DNA of 54,688 bases from Myxococcota bacterium (lineage in GTDB: Bacteria; Myxococcota; Kuafuiibacteriia; Kuafuiibacteriales; Kuafuiibacteriaceae), in the NCBI GenBank assembly GCA_039819565.1, contig JBCBRU010000002.1, forward strand, positions 1-54,688, read 5' to 3'. The translations under genes and the position numbers were made by a program. The notes below the pieces were generated by a model. That model ran no database searches and was not told the DNA's origin. It saw only the letters and a program-made list of their open reading frames with translations. Shown one piece after another: positions 27,583-36,594 of the stretch; positions within the stretch are counted from its first letter, which is position 1; every line of letters begins with the position of its first letter.

Positions 27583-27619
27583 AGGACCCCGGAGGCGCAC
27601 GTGGCGCCTCCAGGGTCCT
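27583..27619 (-). terminator. stable hairpin between phoX and tatA (possible terminator, attenuator or processing site)
   Basis: 27584-27598 pairs with 27604-27618 (15 bp with one C-A mismatch) around the loop ACGTG. There is no clear U-tract. Confidence 0.3.
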
Positions 27620-27650
27620 CGCATTTAGCTATCTAGACGGCTGAGCGAGC

Positions 27651-30065
27651 TCAGCTGCCAGGGTTGCTCGGATCGAAGTCCGTGGCGAGCACGCCGTCGT
27701 CGGTCCGCTGGATGACGACGGTTGCCGAGCGCGAGCGCCGGGTCTCGACGGGGTCGATCTGGGTCGCGTCGCTGCCGCGGTTTCGGGGCCAGGCGCTCGA
27801 GGTGCTGACCACCCCGTTCGTGACCGCGATGTCATCTCCGGGGTGCTGGATGTTGATGAAGATGGACTTGCGGTCCGGCGTCATCGCCACCCCCGTCACC
27901 TCGCAGTCGACAGGTCCGGTCATGATGCGCTTGAGGCGATCGTTGGCGTTGTCGGGACGAATGGGGTCACCGAAGTCGCCGGGGATGGCCACCAGCATCT
28001 GGTTGTTGCCCGTGAACTGACCACCGTCGGTCTGAACCCACAGCACGCCACCGTCGTCGAACCACACGCCGTCCGGGTCGGTGAACTGGTTCGTCTCGAC
28101 CACGAGCCCCGAGAGGTTCGCGTTTCGACGCGGGTCCGAACCGAAGAGCACGATCTCCCAGGTGAACTCGAGAGCGTCGGCGCGCTGACCGAACTCCCGC
28201 ATCCGGATGATGTGGCCGTCCGTGTTCGCGATGGCGTTTCCGGCCGGATCCGTGGTGCGAGGGCTCCACGGGGAGCGCCCGAACTCGCGATCCGAGAGGA
28301 ACTCCGCGATCTCGTCGCGGGAGCCGCCGTCTCCGGCCGCACGCTCCTCGGGATCGAGCTCGTTGAAGTTCCCCACGTCGTTGCTGTTGGTCAGCGTGAA
28401 GTACACGTCCCCGTTCATCCGGTTGGTGGTGCTCCACTCGGGGCGGTCCATGGGCGTGGCGCCCGCGGCCCACGCTGCGCCGCGGGTGTTGAGGAGGATG
28501 CCCTCGAGGGTGCCGAGCTTGCCGGCCAGGATGCGCGCCGGGTTGTTCGGCTCCGCCGCCGGATCGATGGCGTTGACGGCCGCGATGTCGGGGTTCTCGG
28601 GGACGAGGGGGAGCCACCGGCCCGTACGGGTGCCGGTGAAGACGTCGAACTCGAACTTGGCTGCGTAGAGGGTGCCGTTGTCGAGGTACTTGTCGCCCTC
28701 GGCCAGACCCGTGGCGCCCGCCACGTAGTTCTCGTTGGAGACGTACTTGTAGATGTACGACATCTGGTCGTCGTCGCCGGAGTAGAAGACCACCGGCTGT
28801 CCATCGACAAAGTTGCCGGGCCAGCCGCCCTCGTGACGGAACTTACCGAGCGCCGTCCGCTTGCGCGGGGTGGAGGTCGGGTCGAAGGGGTCGATCTCGA
28901 CGATGTAGCCGAACTGGTTGGCCTCGTTCCGATAGTCCTCTTCGGGACCCACGCCCGCCACGGGAGTGGTGTCGAAGCGGCGGAACTCGTCCGTGATCGC
29001 CTCGTCCACGCCCGCGAGCTGCGACCAGCCATAGCGGTCGCCCGAGCCCATGCCGGCCAGGAACTTCTCGGAGCCGACGGCGTCCGCTCGCGCGAGGCCG
29101 CTGCCCGTGGCTCGGTCGTCCTTGAAGTAGCCGTGCCAGTTTTCCTCGCAGGCCAGGTAGGTACCCCAAGCGGTGTAGCCGTTGCCGCAGTTGTTATAGG
29201 TGCCGCGGGCCTGGTGATGGCCGTTGGTGGGGGTGGGGCTGTGCTTGGTGATCAGCTCCGCCGAAGCGCTGAGCGGTCCGTAGATCTCGATGTCCGAGTC
29301 GCCGGTGATGCGGCGGTTGAACGTCGAGTCCTGGACGTAGGCCCAGTTGTTGTTCGCGTCCTTCTGAATCTCCACGACCGAGACGCCGTGGGACTTGATC
29401 TCCTTGCGCGCCTCGTCCGCCACCGTGCGCACGCCGTTGACCACGGTGACGCCGTTGGCGTGGAGGGCGTGACCGGGGTCGGGCACGTACTCGTGGTTGA
29501 CGCAGAGGATTCCGCGGTCGCTGGCCGCGGGGTCGAAGTTCCCGTTGGCGTCCATACCGAAGAACCACATGCCGTCGTGGCACTCACCGCAGCGCTGGTC
29601 GAACTCAGCGCCGGGCTCGGTGCCCGCGCCGCTGTAGTCGGCCAGGCCCGCCGCGATGGGATCGCCCGCCGCGTAGAGCACCGTGGCCTTGTAGCCGGCG
29701 GGAACCGTGATGTTGTCGTTGCCGTCGGGAGGGATGGCATCGAAGTTGAGCGACGGGGCGCTGACCTGTCCGGACGGACCGGCAGGCCCTTGGGCGCCCT
29801 GAGGGCCTTCGGGGCCAGCTTCGCCCGCGGGACCGGCTTCGCCCGCGGGGCCCGCGGGACCGGCGGGGCCCTGAGTGCCAGGAGCACCCTGCGGACCCAC
29901 GGCGCCGTCTTCGCCGCAGGCCGCAAATCCGGCCGTAAAGAGACCGGCGGTGCCGATCTTGAGCACCGAACGACGGCTCATCATCTGGTCGATGATGTCG
30001 TTCAGGTGGTTTCCTTTTCCAAGAACTGGGCCCTGCTGGCCCTTAACCTCACGCTTTTGAGACAT
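27651..30065 (-). CDS. phoX: PhoX-type (DUF839) alkaline phosphatase, Tat-signal lipoprotein with collagen-like linker
   Basis: ATG 30065 with AAGGA upstream. Tat motif SRRSVLKIG and lipobox-like GFAAC. 14 G-X-Y triplets. PhoX hallmarks CGECHDGMWFF, ILCVNHEY, NNCGNGYTAWGTYLACEENW, MDRPEW, FTLTNS and IQHPG. The first 126 codons of the 930-aa track ORF look non-coding. Confidence 0.85.
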   Translation of the reverse strand: MSQKREVKGQQGPVLGKGNHLNDIIDQMMSRRSVLKIGTAGLFTAGFAACGEDGAVGPQGAPGTQGPAGPAGPAGEAGPAGEAGPEGPQGAQGPAGPSGQVSAPSLNFDAIPPDGNDNITVPAGYKATVLYAAGDPIAAGLADYSGAGTEPGAEFDQRCGECHDGMWFFGMDANGNFDPAASDRGILCVNHEYVPDPGHALHANGVTVVNGVRTVADEARKEIKSHGVSVVEIQKDANNNWAYVQDSTFNRRITGDSDIEIYGPLSASAELITKHSPTPTNGHHQARGTYNNCGNGYTAWGTYLACEENWHGYFKDDRATGSGLARADAVGSEKFLAGMGSGDRYGWSQLAGVDEAITDEFRRFDTTPVAGVGPEEDYRNEANQFGYIVEIDPFDPTSTPRKRTALGKFRHEGGWPGNFVDGQPVVFYSGDDDQMSYIYKYVSNENYVAGATGLAEGDKYLDNGTLYAAKFEFDVFTGTRTGRWLPLVPENPDIAAVNAIDPAAEPNNPARILAGKLGTLEGILLNTRGAAWAAGATPMDRPEWSTTNRMNGDVYFTLTNSNDVGNFNELDPEERAAGDGGSRDEIAEFLSDREFGRSPWSPRTTDPAGNAIANTDGHIIRMREFGQRADALEFTWEIVLFGSDPRRNANLSGLVVETNQFTDPDGVWFDDGGVLWVQTDGGQFTGNNQMLVAIPGDFGDPIRPDNANDRLKRIMTGPVDCEVTGVAMTPDRKSIFINIQHPGDDIAVTNGVVSTSSAWPRNRGSDATQIDPVETRRSRSATVVIQRTDDGVLATDFDPSNPGS

Positions 30066-30415
30066 ACCTACTAATCCTTGTCGCCAAGAGCTAAACCTGA
30101 GCTTTCGAGCTCGGTCCCTCGGGCGACGACAACCTTCACTGGGCGCATGTCTTCTTGGTGACGGCTCCACGACCTTGTGGCCGCAAGTGTGACTTTGTTC
30201 GAAATACCCTCCCTCTCCCCCTGTGCCCTTAGGGAGGTCTCCGGTCAGACCTCGGAAAACGCAGAGCATCAGAGTTCTCAGGTTCTTCCGGCAGGAATGG
30301 AAGCTCCTCTGAACCGCCCCCGAGCTGGGCCCAGACCGGCCCCGAGCCGGTCGTCCCAGGGTTGATCCGAATTGCGGCGGACCCTTCCTCGGGTTCGACC
30401 TCTGAGCCACCCTCT

Positions 30416-30814
30416 CTAGACGCGAGAGGTATCCCAGAAGCACGCTTCAATCTTGTTGCCGTCGAGGTCGCGCACGAAACATCCGTAGTATTCAGGTCCA
30501 TAGTCCGGACGCTCGCCGGGGGCCCCTTCGTCCCTCGCCCCCGCTTCGAGGGCCTCGACGTGAAAGCGCTCTACCTCGTCTCGGCTTTGCGCAAAGAACG
30601 CAAAGTGCACGCCATTACCAACCTTCGCGGCTTCGCCGTCCCACGGGGTTTGCACCCAGAACTCTGGAAATTGCTTTCCGAACGCCGCTGCGCCCGGGTG
30701 GTTCATCAGGAGCTTGGCTCCGAGCACCGCGAGCACTCTCGTGTAGAAGGCGACCGCTTCGGGATAGTTGTTCGTCCCCACCGAAACGTGGGACATGATG
30801 CTGGGGTTCTCCAT
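30416..30814 (-). CDS. VOC-family (glyoxalase/bleomycin-resistance fold) protein
   Basis: HVSVGTNNYPEAVAFY, GVHFAFFA and YGCFVRDLDGNKIEA. Confidence 0.85.
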   Translation of the reverse strand: MENPSIMSHVSVGTNNYPEAVAFYTRVLAVLGAKLLMNHPGAAAFGKQFPEFWVQTPWDGEAAKVGNGVHFAFFAQSRDEVERFHVEALEAGARDEGAPGERPDYGPEYYGCFVRDLDGNKIEACFWDTSRV

Positions 30815-30838
30815 TCTTCTTCCTCTCTTTTCCGCGAC

Positions 30839-31663
30839 TCAGTTCTGAATGCGGACGCAGATCTCGCTCAGGAGATCCTGGGGTGCCGTATCTTCAGGGT
30901 TGTTGAGATAGATCTCGATGACCGGCTCGTCATAGAGCTCGACGCCTCGACCGGGGAGCCATTGGCCGAGGAGCGCGACGTAGGTCGGACTCATGGTGTC
31001 GTAGGGGCCGAGGTGCGTCGCCCGCGCGTAACGCCCCGCGGGGATGGTTCGCTCTCGGACGGAGGGGTTGCGGGAGAGGAGCGTCTCGACTCCCGTCGCC
31101 AAGCTCACGCAGGCGTCGTAGCGCAAGTTCTCCTCCTCGGTGATGTCCGGGTCGTCGTACACGAGGCCGAAGGAGCCCCGAATCTCGGCGGTCAGGCCTG
31201 CCTCCGAGACCGTCGCCATGAGCTGATCCCAAGACCGAGCGCAGGTCTCGTAGGAGCCGGTATGTCGTAGGCTGACCACGGGGATCTCGGGGAGCGGCTC
31301 GATCCGCGCTTTGACCTCGACCCTCTCCCCCTGCTCACGGGCCCGAAACTCTCTCGGGGCCACCCCAAAGCGGTCCCGAAAGGCCCGCGTGAAGGCTTCG
31401 TGGCTGCCGTAGCCCGAGGCGAGAGCCACGTCGGTGACGGGAGCGTCGCCGAACCTCAGTCGCTGCGCGGCGCGCTCCATACGGAGCCGACGCACGAGGC
31501 CCATCACCGACTCTCCCGTCATGCCCCGAAAGACGCGGTGAAAGTGGTGACGCGAGAAGCCAGCGTGGTCCGCCAGCTGCGCCGGTTCGAGGGTGTCGTC
31601 GTCGAGGCGGGCGTGGATCTCGTCGAGGACGTCCAGCACGCGGTCGGCCCAGGGGCGGCTCAC
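30839..31663 (-). CDS. AraC-family transcriptional regulator with GyrI-like effector domain
   Basis: HTH region LADHAGFSRHHFHRVFRGMTGES...ALASGYGSHEAFTRAFRDRFGVAPREFR. C-terminal GyrI-like domain ending EIYLNNPEDT. Confidence 0.9.
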   Translation of the reverse strand: MSRPWADRVLDVLDEIHARLDDDTLEPAQLADHAGFSRHHFHRVFRGMTGESVMGLVRRLRMERAAQRLRFGDAPVTDVALASGYGSHEAFTRAFRDRFGVAPREFRAREQGERVEVKARIEPLPEIPVVSLRHTGSYETCARSWDQLMATVSEAGLTAEIRGSFGLVYDDPDITEEENLRYDACVSLATGVETLLSRNPSVRERTIPAGRYARATHLGPYDTMSPTYVALLGQWLPGRGVELYDEPVIEIYLNNPEDTAPQDLLSEICVRIQN

Positions 31664-31922
31664 GAGGGGAACGCTAACGTGGCTCGATCTGCGGCGCTTG
31701 ACCCCGAGTGCTCTCGACGCACAGCGTTAGCCACCTCAGGCCTCCGAGTGCCAAGTAAACGTTCCGGCTACGCCACCAAGCGACGAGAATCAAAAGGTTT
31801 TTTGGTGAACTCGGCGCGGCAAAAATTGCCGCAAGCGCCCGATCACATTCTAACGTGCCAAGATCATTGATCAAGTGGGCTTGAAGAGGCGGGTGCTAGG
31901 ACGAAAAGATCGCCTGTAGGCC

Positions 31923-32522
31923 ATGGCACTCATCGACGCGCAGAGTCTCGAAGACTTCTTCAATGGGCTCCTCTCCGACGCTCTCGACGCCACCGGTGTC
32001 GAGCTCTGCGACGGGAGTCGAGCGTACCTCCTCCAGCTGGTCGGAGATTGCTCGCGGGTGGAGGAACTGCACCGAGGGGCGCGCCCCGACGACCCTGGGA
32101 CCCCGACCTTGGTGTCGCTGTACGAGCGGGCTCAGTTCGGCGCTCCCAGCGAGCGCTTCGACGCTTGGCGTCAGCTCGGGGACGTCGCGCTCATCGTGGC
32201 GGGGCTCTTCGGGGCCTACCTTCAACGGCGGCAGAGCCTCGTCGGCCTCGACTACTACGTGCGCATGGGAGCCGGCGCCTACGGGAGCGCGGCAACCTAC
32301 CATCGCAGCGGCTTTGGTCCGATTTTCGAGGAGCTCGCGGCCCAGTTCCGCAACCTCGTGGACGTGCTCACGCGGGTGGGCGAGGCCACCACGTTGCCGG
32401 TCGCGCATGGCCTCGAGCGCCTCTACGACCGGTGGGCCGCGAACCCCTCCCAGATCGACCTGCACGAGCGCCTGATCCGCAACGGGGCCATCCCCATTCT
32501 CGGTCGGGGGGGTATGGCGTGA
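31923..32522 (+). CDS. hypothetical protein (199 aa)
   Basis: ATG start, G/C-rich third positions and natural composition. No family recognised. Confidence 0.6.
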   Translation: MALIDAQSLEDFFNGLLSDALDATGVELCDGSRAYLLQLVGDCSRVEELHRGARPDDPGTPTLVSLYERAQFGAPSERFDAWRQLGDVALIVAGLFGAYLQRRQSLVGLDYYVRMGAGAYGSAATYHRSGFGPIFEELAAQFRNLVDVLTRVGEATTLPVAHGLERLYDRWAANPSQIDLHERLIRNGAIPILGRGGMA

Positions 32523-33151
32523 CGGACCTCGAAGGCACCCTTCAGTCGGCCCTCGCGCAGCTCTACCGGCTCGACGATACGCTCCCCCTGAGCCCCTTTC
32601 GGGTGGGGGACGAATTCTACGCCGCTCTCGGCATCACCGAGCCCGGTCAGCGGGAGGCGCTGCTGGTCCACTCCGACGGCGAGCACACCGACGTGGCCCT
32701 GTTCCTGTCCGACGCGGTGCGAGAGGGCGCTCGAAGCTGTCTCGACGCGCTGGCCCGCGGGGCCGTCGAGGACCTGGATGCGTTTTGTGCGGTGGTCGAA
32801 GGCGTCTCGCACTTCGTCTACTTCACCTGGGCAGGGGATGCCCGTCCGGTCTCCCGGCTCGAGCTCGAGCTGCAGGCCGAGATCGACAAATTCCTCGTGC
32901 TCCGAGAGGTGCTCGGACTGCGCGGAGACGGCCTCATCGAAGCCCTCTTCGAGCGTTTCTCGCTGTCCGAGGACCTCGAAGCGGAGGGCCGCGAGCGCTA
33001 CGTGGTGGCCAACCGTAATGCCCGCCGCTACGCGCGCTGGGCGGACACCCGGTTTGCGCGAGGGCGAGGGGATCAGGCCCTCGATGACGCCCGCCGCCTC
33101 TACCGCATGCCCATGAGCGCCAAGTTGGCGCACATCGCTCGCGCCGCCTAG
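32519..33151 (+). CDS. hypothetical protein (210 aa)
   Basis: GTG 32519 overlaps the upstream stop (GTGA). The upstream part of the 367-aa track ORF is Arg/Gly/Pro-rich and overlaps the previous gene. No family recognised. Confidence 0.55.
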   Translation: MTDLEGTLQSALAQLYRLDDTLPLSPFRVGDEFYAALGITEPGQREALLVHSDGEHTDVALFLSDAVREGARSCLDALARGAVEDLDAFCAVVEGVSHFVYFTWAGDARPVSRLELELQAEIDKFLVLREVLGLRGDGLIEALFERFSLSEDLEAEGRERYVVANRNARRYARWADTRFARGRGDQALDDARRLYRMPMSAKLAHIARAA

Positions 33152-33202
33152 GCCGTGACCAGCTCCCCGCAACTTCCTCCTGCGAACCGGGTTCGAGCCC
33201 TC

Positions 33203-35260
33203 ATGCGTTTGCTCCGCATCTTCGCGGTCTGCGGCGCCGGGGCCCTCGCCGCCTGCGCCAGCGACCCCGAGCCCGAGGACTCTCCATCGACGCCTCCTCC
33301 GACGAGCCCCCCGCCGTCGACACCCCCGCCTCCACCCCCCTCTGGGTGCGATATGGACGCGATCCTGGCCGAGCACGGTTGCTCGAGTAACGGCTGCCAC
33401 GGGGTCCAGAACGTCGCCGGCTTGGACCTCGTCTCCGACGGCGTGGCTGAGCGTTTGGTGGGCGTCCCTTCCGTCAACTCGGCCTGCGGGGGGCGGCCCC
33501 TCGTGGATCCGAGCACCCCGGGAGACTCCCTTCTCTTGAGTCTCGTCGATCCCGCCCGGGAGGTGCCCTGCAGCGTGGCGATGCCCTTCGGAAGCGAGGG
33601 CGTGCCCGAGGACGACGTGACCTGCTTCGAGGCTTGGGTGGACACGCTCGCCGCGGAAGCGCCTCCCCCGCCCGTCACTGAGCCCCCCGACTTCGAAGCG
33701 GCGAGCGCCGAGAGCCAGGCGAGCAAGGTCAAGAGCCTGGCCAGTGGGGCTCCCCTGACGACCGCGGAGCTCGACGTGGTGCGGGCGGAGGGACAGGCGG
33801 GGTTGCGTCACCTCCTCGAGGGCTGGATGAGCACTCCGGCTTTCGAGGCCAAGATCGGCGACTTCTTCGCGGTGGCTCTCCAGCAGCGGGTGAAGGGTCT
33901 CATCGGGCTACAGTTCCTGGTTCGAAACCTCGGTCCCTTGCAGCCCAACTTCGAAGATATGTTTGTCCGGACCGCGCTCCGCATCGTCCAGCGCGGCGAG
34001 CCCTGGAGCCGGATCCTCACCACTCGAGAGTGGGCGGTCACTACGGGGGTCCTCTCGGGGCTCCGCTACACCGACGCTCCCCGCACCCGTCGGGAGACCC
34101 TGGCTGCGGCCGCGTTCGAAGCCTCGGACTATCAGGACTGGCGCTTCGTGGAGCTGGTCGATGCCGCGCCCGGTGAGACCCTCGTCGACTATCGCGACCT
34201 CGAGACCTTGCGACAGGTCCAAACCCGCCTGAGTCTCCAGATTCCCCGGGTGGGCTTCTTCTCGACGCCCGCCTTCCTCGGCAACGCGGAGACCAACGAC
34301 GACAACCAGTTCAGGGTCACGACCAACCAAACCCTCATCGCCGCCCTCGGCCAGGACTTTCAGCTTTCGGATCTCACTCCGCAGCCCTCCACGGCCGGGC
34401 TCGACGTCGAGCACTCCGCCCCGGACACCCCCTGCTACGGCTGTCATCGACTCCTCGATCCCATGCGGCTCTATTTCGCGAAGGAGTATGATATCTTCTA
34501 TCGCCGCAACCCGGCTTCTATCAGCGCCGTGCCCGCGTTCGCTTTTCAAGGGGTCACGGGGGCGGGACCGGAAGTGGTCGACCTCGCCCGAGCTCTCGCC
34601 GAGCACCCCAGCTTCCCCATGGCCTGGACCGCGAAGCTCTGCCAATGGGCCAACAGCCAGCCTTGCCGACTCGAGGACCCAGAGCTCATTCGCGTCAATG
34701 AGGCTTTCATCGCGAGTGGGCTCGACTTCCGAACCTTGGTGCTCGAGCTCCTCAGCTCCCCGGTGGTGACGGGCGCCGAAGCCACGGCGACGTATACGGA
34801 CCGCAGCTTCTTGGTGAGCATCACCCGCCAGTCCCACCTCTGCCGCAACCTCGACGCGCGGCTCGGTCTGACCGGCCTCTGCGATCGACGCGCGGTGGGG
34901 GCCGTGCTCGGCCTGGTGCCGGACGACGACTTCGCCCGCGGGCAGGTCGACCTCGTCCAGCCTGCGGTGACGAGCGCCTTTCACGTCGCCGGGACCGAGC
35001 AGCTTTGTGGTCGGGTGGCGCTCCTCACCGTCGGGAGTGTCCCTGGCTTGGACCCGGCCGCGCCTGGTCCCGCCCTCCTGCAGCTCGTCGAGGGGGTCAT
35101 GAGCTTGCCTCCCAACCACTCCCGCCACGCCCGCGCTCTGGAGGTCCTGACTCAACACGTGAACGACGCCCGAGCCGGCGGCGCCACCGCCTCGGCCGCT
35201 CTGCGTTCGGCCTTCGTGGTCGCCTGCCAGTCTCCGGACGCCATGGGGATGGGCCTGTGA
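33203..35260 (+). CDS. DUF1592/DUF1588/DUF1585-type exported (lipo)protein with cytochrome-like Cys motifs
   Basis: ATG 33203 gives the lipoprotein signal MRLLRIFAVCGAGALAAC; GTG 33155 is the alternative. A Pro-rich linker follows. GCSSNGCHG and DTPCYGCHRLLDP are typical of this planctomycete/myxobacterial family. Confidence 0.7.
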   Translation: MRLLRIFAVCGAGALAACASDPEPEDSPSTPPPTSPPPSTPPPPPPSGCDMDAILAEHGCSSNGCHGVQNVAGLDLVSDGVAERLVGVPSVNSACGGRPLVDPSTPGDSLLLSLVDPAREVPCSVAMPFGSEGVPEDDVTCFEAWVDTLAAEAPPPPVTEPPDFEAASAESQASKVKSLASGAPLTTAELDVVRAEGQAGLRHLLEGWMSTPAFEAKIGDFFAVALQQRVKGLIGLQFLVRNLGPLQPNFEDMFVRTALRIVQRGEPWSRILTTREWAVTTGVLSGLRYTDAPRTRRETLAAAAFEASDYQDWRFVELVDAAPGETLVDYRDLETLRQVQTRLSLQIPRVGFFSTPAFLGNAETNDDNQFRVTTNQTLIAALGQDFQLSDLTPQPSTAGLDVEHSAPDTPCYGCHRLLDPMRLYFAKEYDIFYRRNPASISAVPAFAFQGVTGAGPEVVDLARALAEHPSFPMAWTAKLCQWANSQPCRLEDPELIRVNEAFIASGLDFRTLVLELLSSPVVTGAEATATYTDRSFLVSITRQSHLCRNLDARLGLTGLCDRRAVGAVLGLVPDDDFARGQVDLVQPAVTSAFHVAGTEQLCGRVALLTVGSVPGLDPAAPGPALLQLVEGVMSLPPNHSRHARALEVLTQHVNDARAGGATASAALRSAFVVACQSPDAMGMGL

Positions 35261-35280
35261 GGCCCCAAGGAGTAGCCGCC

Positions 35281-36594
35281 ATGCGCTTTCATCGACGCCA
35301 CGCTCTTCGACTGGCCGCCGGCGGGCTCGGTCTCCGCGCCCTCGCCACCGGGCTTCCCGCGTCCTTCCTGCTTCGGCCGCACCAGGCCCGGGCCCAGGCG
35401 GCCACCCCGCCGCAGTTTCTGGTCCTCGCCGTCTCGAGCCGCGGCGACCCGCTCAACGCCAACGCTCCCGGGAGCTTCGTCGAAGGCGTCGTCAACAACC
35501 CCCTGGCCGAGATGGCCCCGGTCGACTTCGAGCTCGGGCCGGTGCGCACCCGCGCCGCTCGGCCTTGGTCCACCCTGGGGGCCGACCTCCGCAGCCGACT
35601 CGGGTTCATGCACCTGCGGACCGGGGTGGTCACCCACCCCAGCATGAATGAGGTCCTCGAGCTCCGAGGGGCGGTGACCGGCGAATCCGGCAACCGAGGG
35701 GAGATGCTCCCCTCCATGCTTGCCGCCGAAGCCGCCCCGCTCCTCGAGACGGTGCTCTCGGAGCCCATTCCGCTAGGGGCCGAGACCCTCTCTGCGCGAG
35801 GCCTCCCCCTCGACTCGATCAGCCCCCCCGAGCTCAAGGACCTGTTTTCCTCGGCTCAGCCTGGACTGGCTCAGCTCGCCGACCTGCGGGATGCATCTTT
35901 GGACGCGATCTACGCTGAGGTGCGCGGTTCTGGGACGCCCGCGCAACGCGACTTCCTCGACCGCTTCGCCCTCGGACGGAACCAAGCCCGCCAGCTCGGG
36001 GAAGAGCTGAGCGCGCTCCTCGAACGGGTTGTCGATACTCCTCTCACTCCGGAAGCCGCAGCCCGAGACCAGCTCCTCGCCGCCGTGGCTCTGTTCCGCC
36101 TGAACGTCACTCCCGTGGTTACCGTCAATGTGCCCTTCGGTGGCGACAACCACCAGGACGATAGTTTGGAGCAGGAGGCGGATGAGCACGCCAGCGGGGT
36201 GGGGCTCATCCAGACCCTCTTCGACGAGTTGAAGGCGGTCGACCTGCAGGATCGAGTGACTTTCGCGACCCTCAACGTCTTCGGACGTACCCTCCAGCGC
36301 AACGCGGCCGGAGGTCGGGACCACAACGGAGACCACCACGTGCTCGCCGCCTTCGGGTCGCGGGTCCGTCCCGGCGTCTTCGGGGGTCTTCAGCGGGAAG
36401 GGGATCGCTTCGTGGCGGGGGCCATCGATCCGGCCACCGGGGCCATGGCTCCGGACGGTGCCATCCCTGCCGATGAAACTCTTCTTGCGGCCGGCCACAC
36501 CTTGATGAGCTGGCTGAACCTCCCCGAAGAGACAGCCGCGCGGAGGCTCGCGGGGGGTCAGGGCGTAGCCGGGATGGTGGTGACGGCCGGCTGA
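35281..36594 (+). CDS. DUF1552/DUF1501-type Tat-signal protein (usual partner of DUF1592 proteins)
   Basis: ATG 35281 and twin-arginine signal MRFHRRHALRLAAGGLGL. GGDNHQDD and GRDHNGDHH motifs. Size and position directly after the DUF1592-type gene fit the partner family. Confidence 0.7.
   Translation: MRFHRRHALRLAAGGLGLRALATGLPASFLLRPHQARAQAATPPQFLVLAVSSRGDPLNANAPGSFVEGVVNNPLAEMAPVDFELGPVRTRAARPWSTLGADLRSRLGFMHLRTGVVTHPSMNEVLELRGAVTGESGNRGEMLPSMLAAEAAPLLETVLSEPIPLGAETLSARGLPLDSISPPELKDLFSSAQPGLAQLADLRDASLDAIYAEVRGSGTPAQRDFLDRFALGRNQARQLGEELSALLERVVDTPLTPEAAARDQLLAAVALFRLNVTPVVTVNVPFGGDNHQDDSLEQEADEHASGVGLIQTLFDELKAVDLQDRVTFATLNVFGRTLQRNAAGGRDHNGDHHVLAAFGSRVRPGVFGGLQREGDRFVAGAIDPATGAMAPDGAIPADETLLAAGHTLMSWLNLPEETAARRLAGGQGVAGMVVTAG

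Noticed and set aside
27843-30074. 743-aa ORF on the plus strand
   Set aside because: It is antisense to phoX, which has unmistakable PhoX motifs. The composition is the artefactual Val/Gly/Arg/Asp-rich type.
30066-30443. N-terminal 126-codon extension of the PhoX ORF (the 930-aa version)
   Set aside because: The region has lower GC and no third-position bias. The ATG at 30065 has an AAGGA upstream and yields a proper Tat signal peptide.
33189-33200. tRNA T-arm-like GGGTTCGAGCCC
   Set aside because: Only 3 bp of possible stem, no cloverleaf context, and the available gap (33152-33202) is too short for a tRNA.
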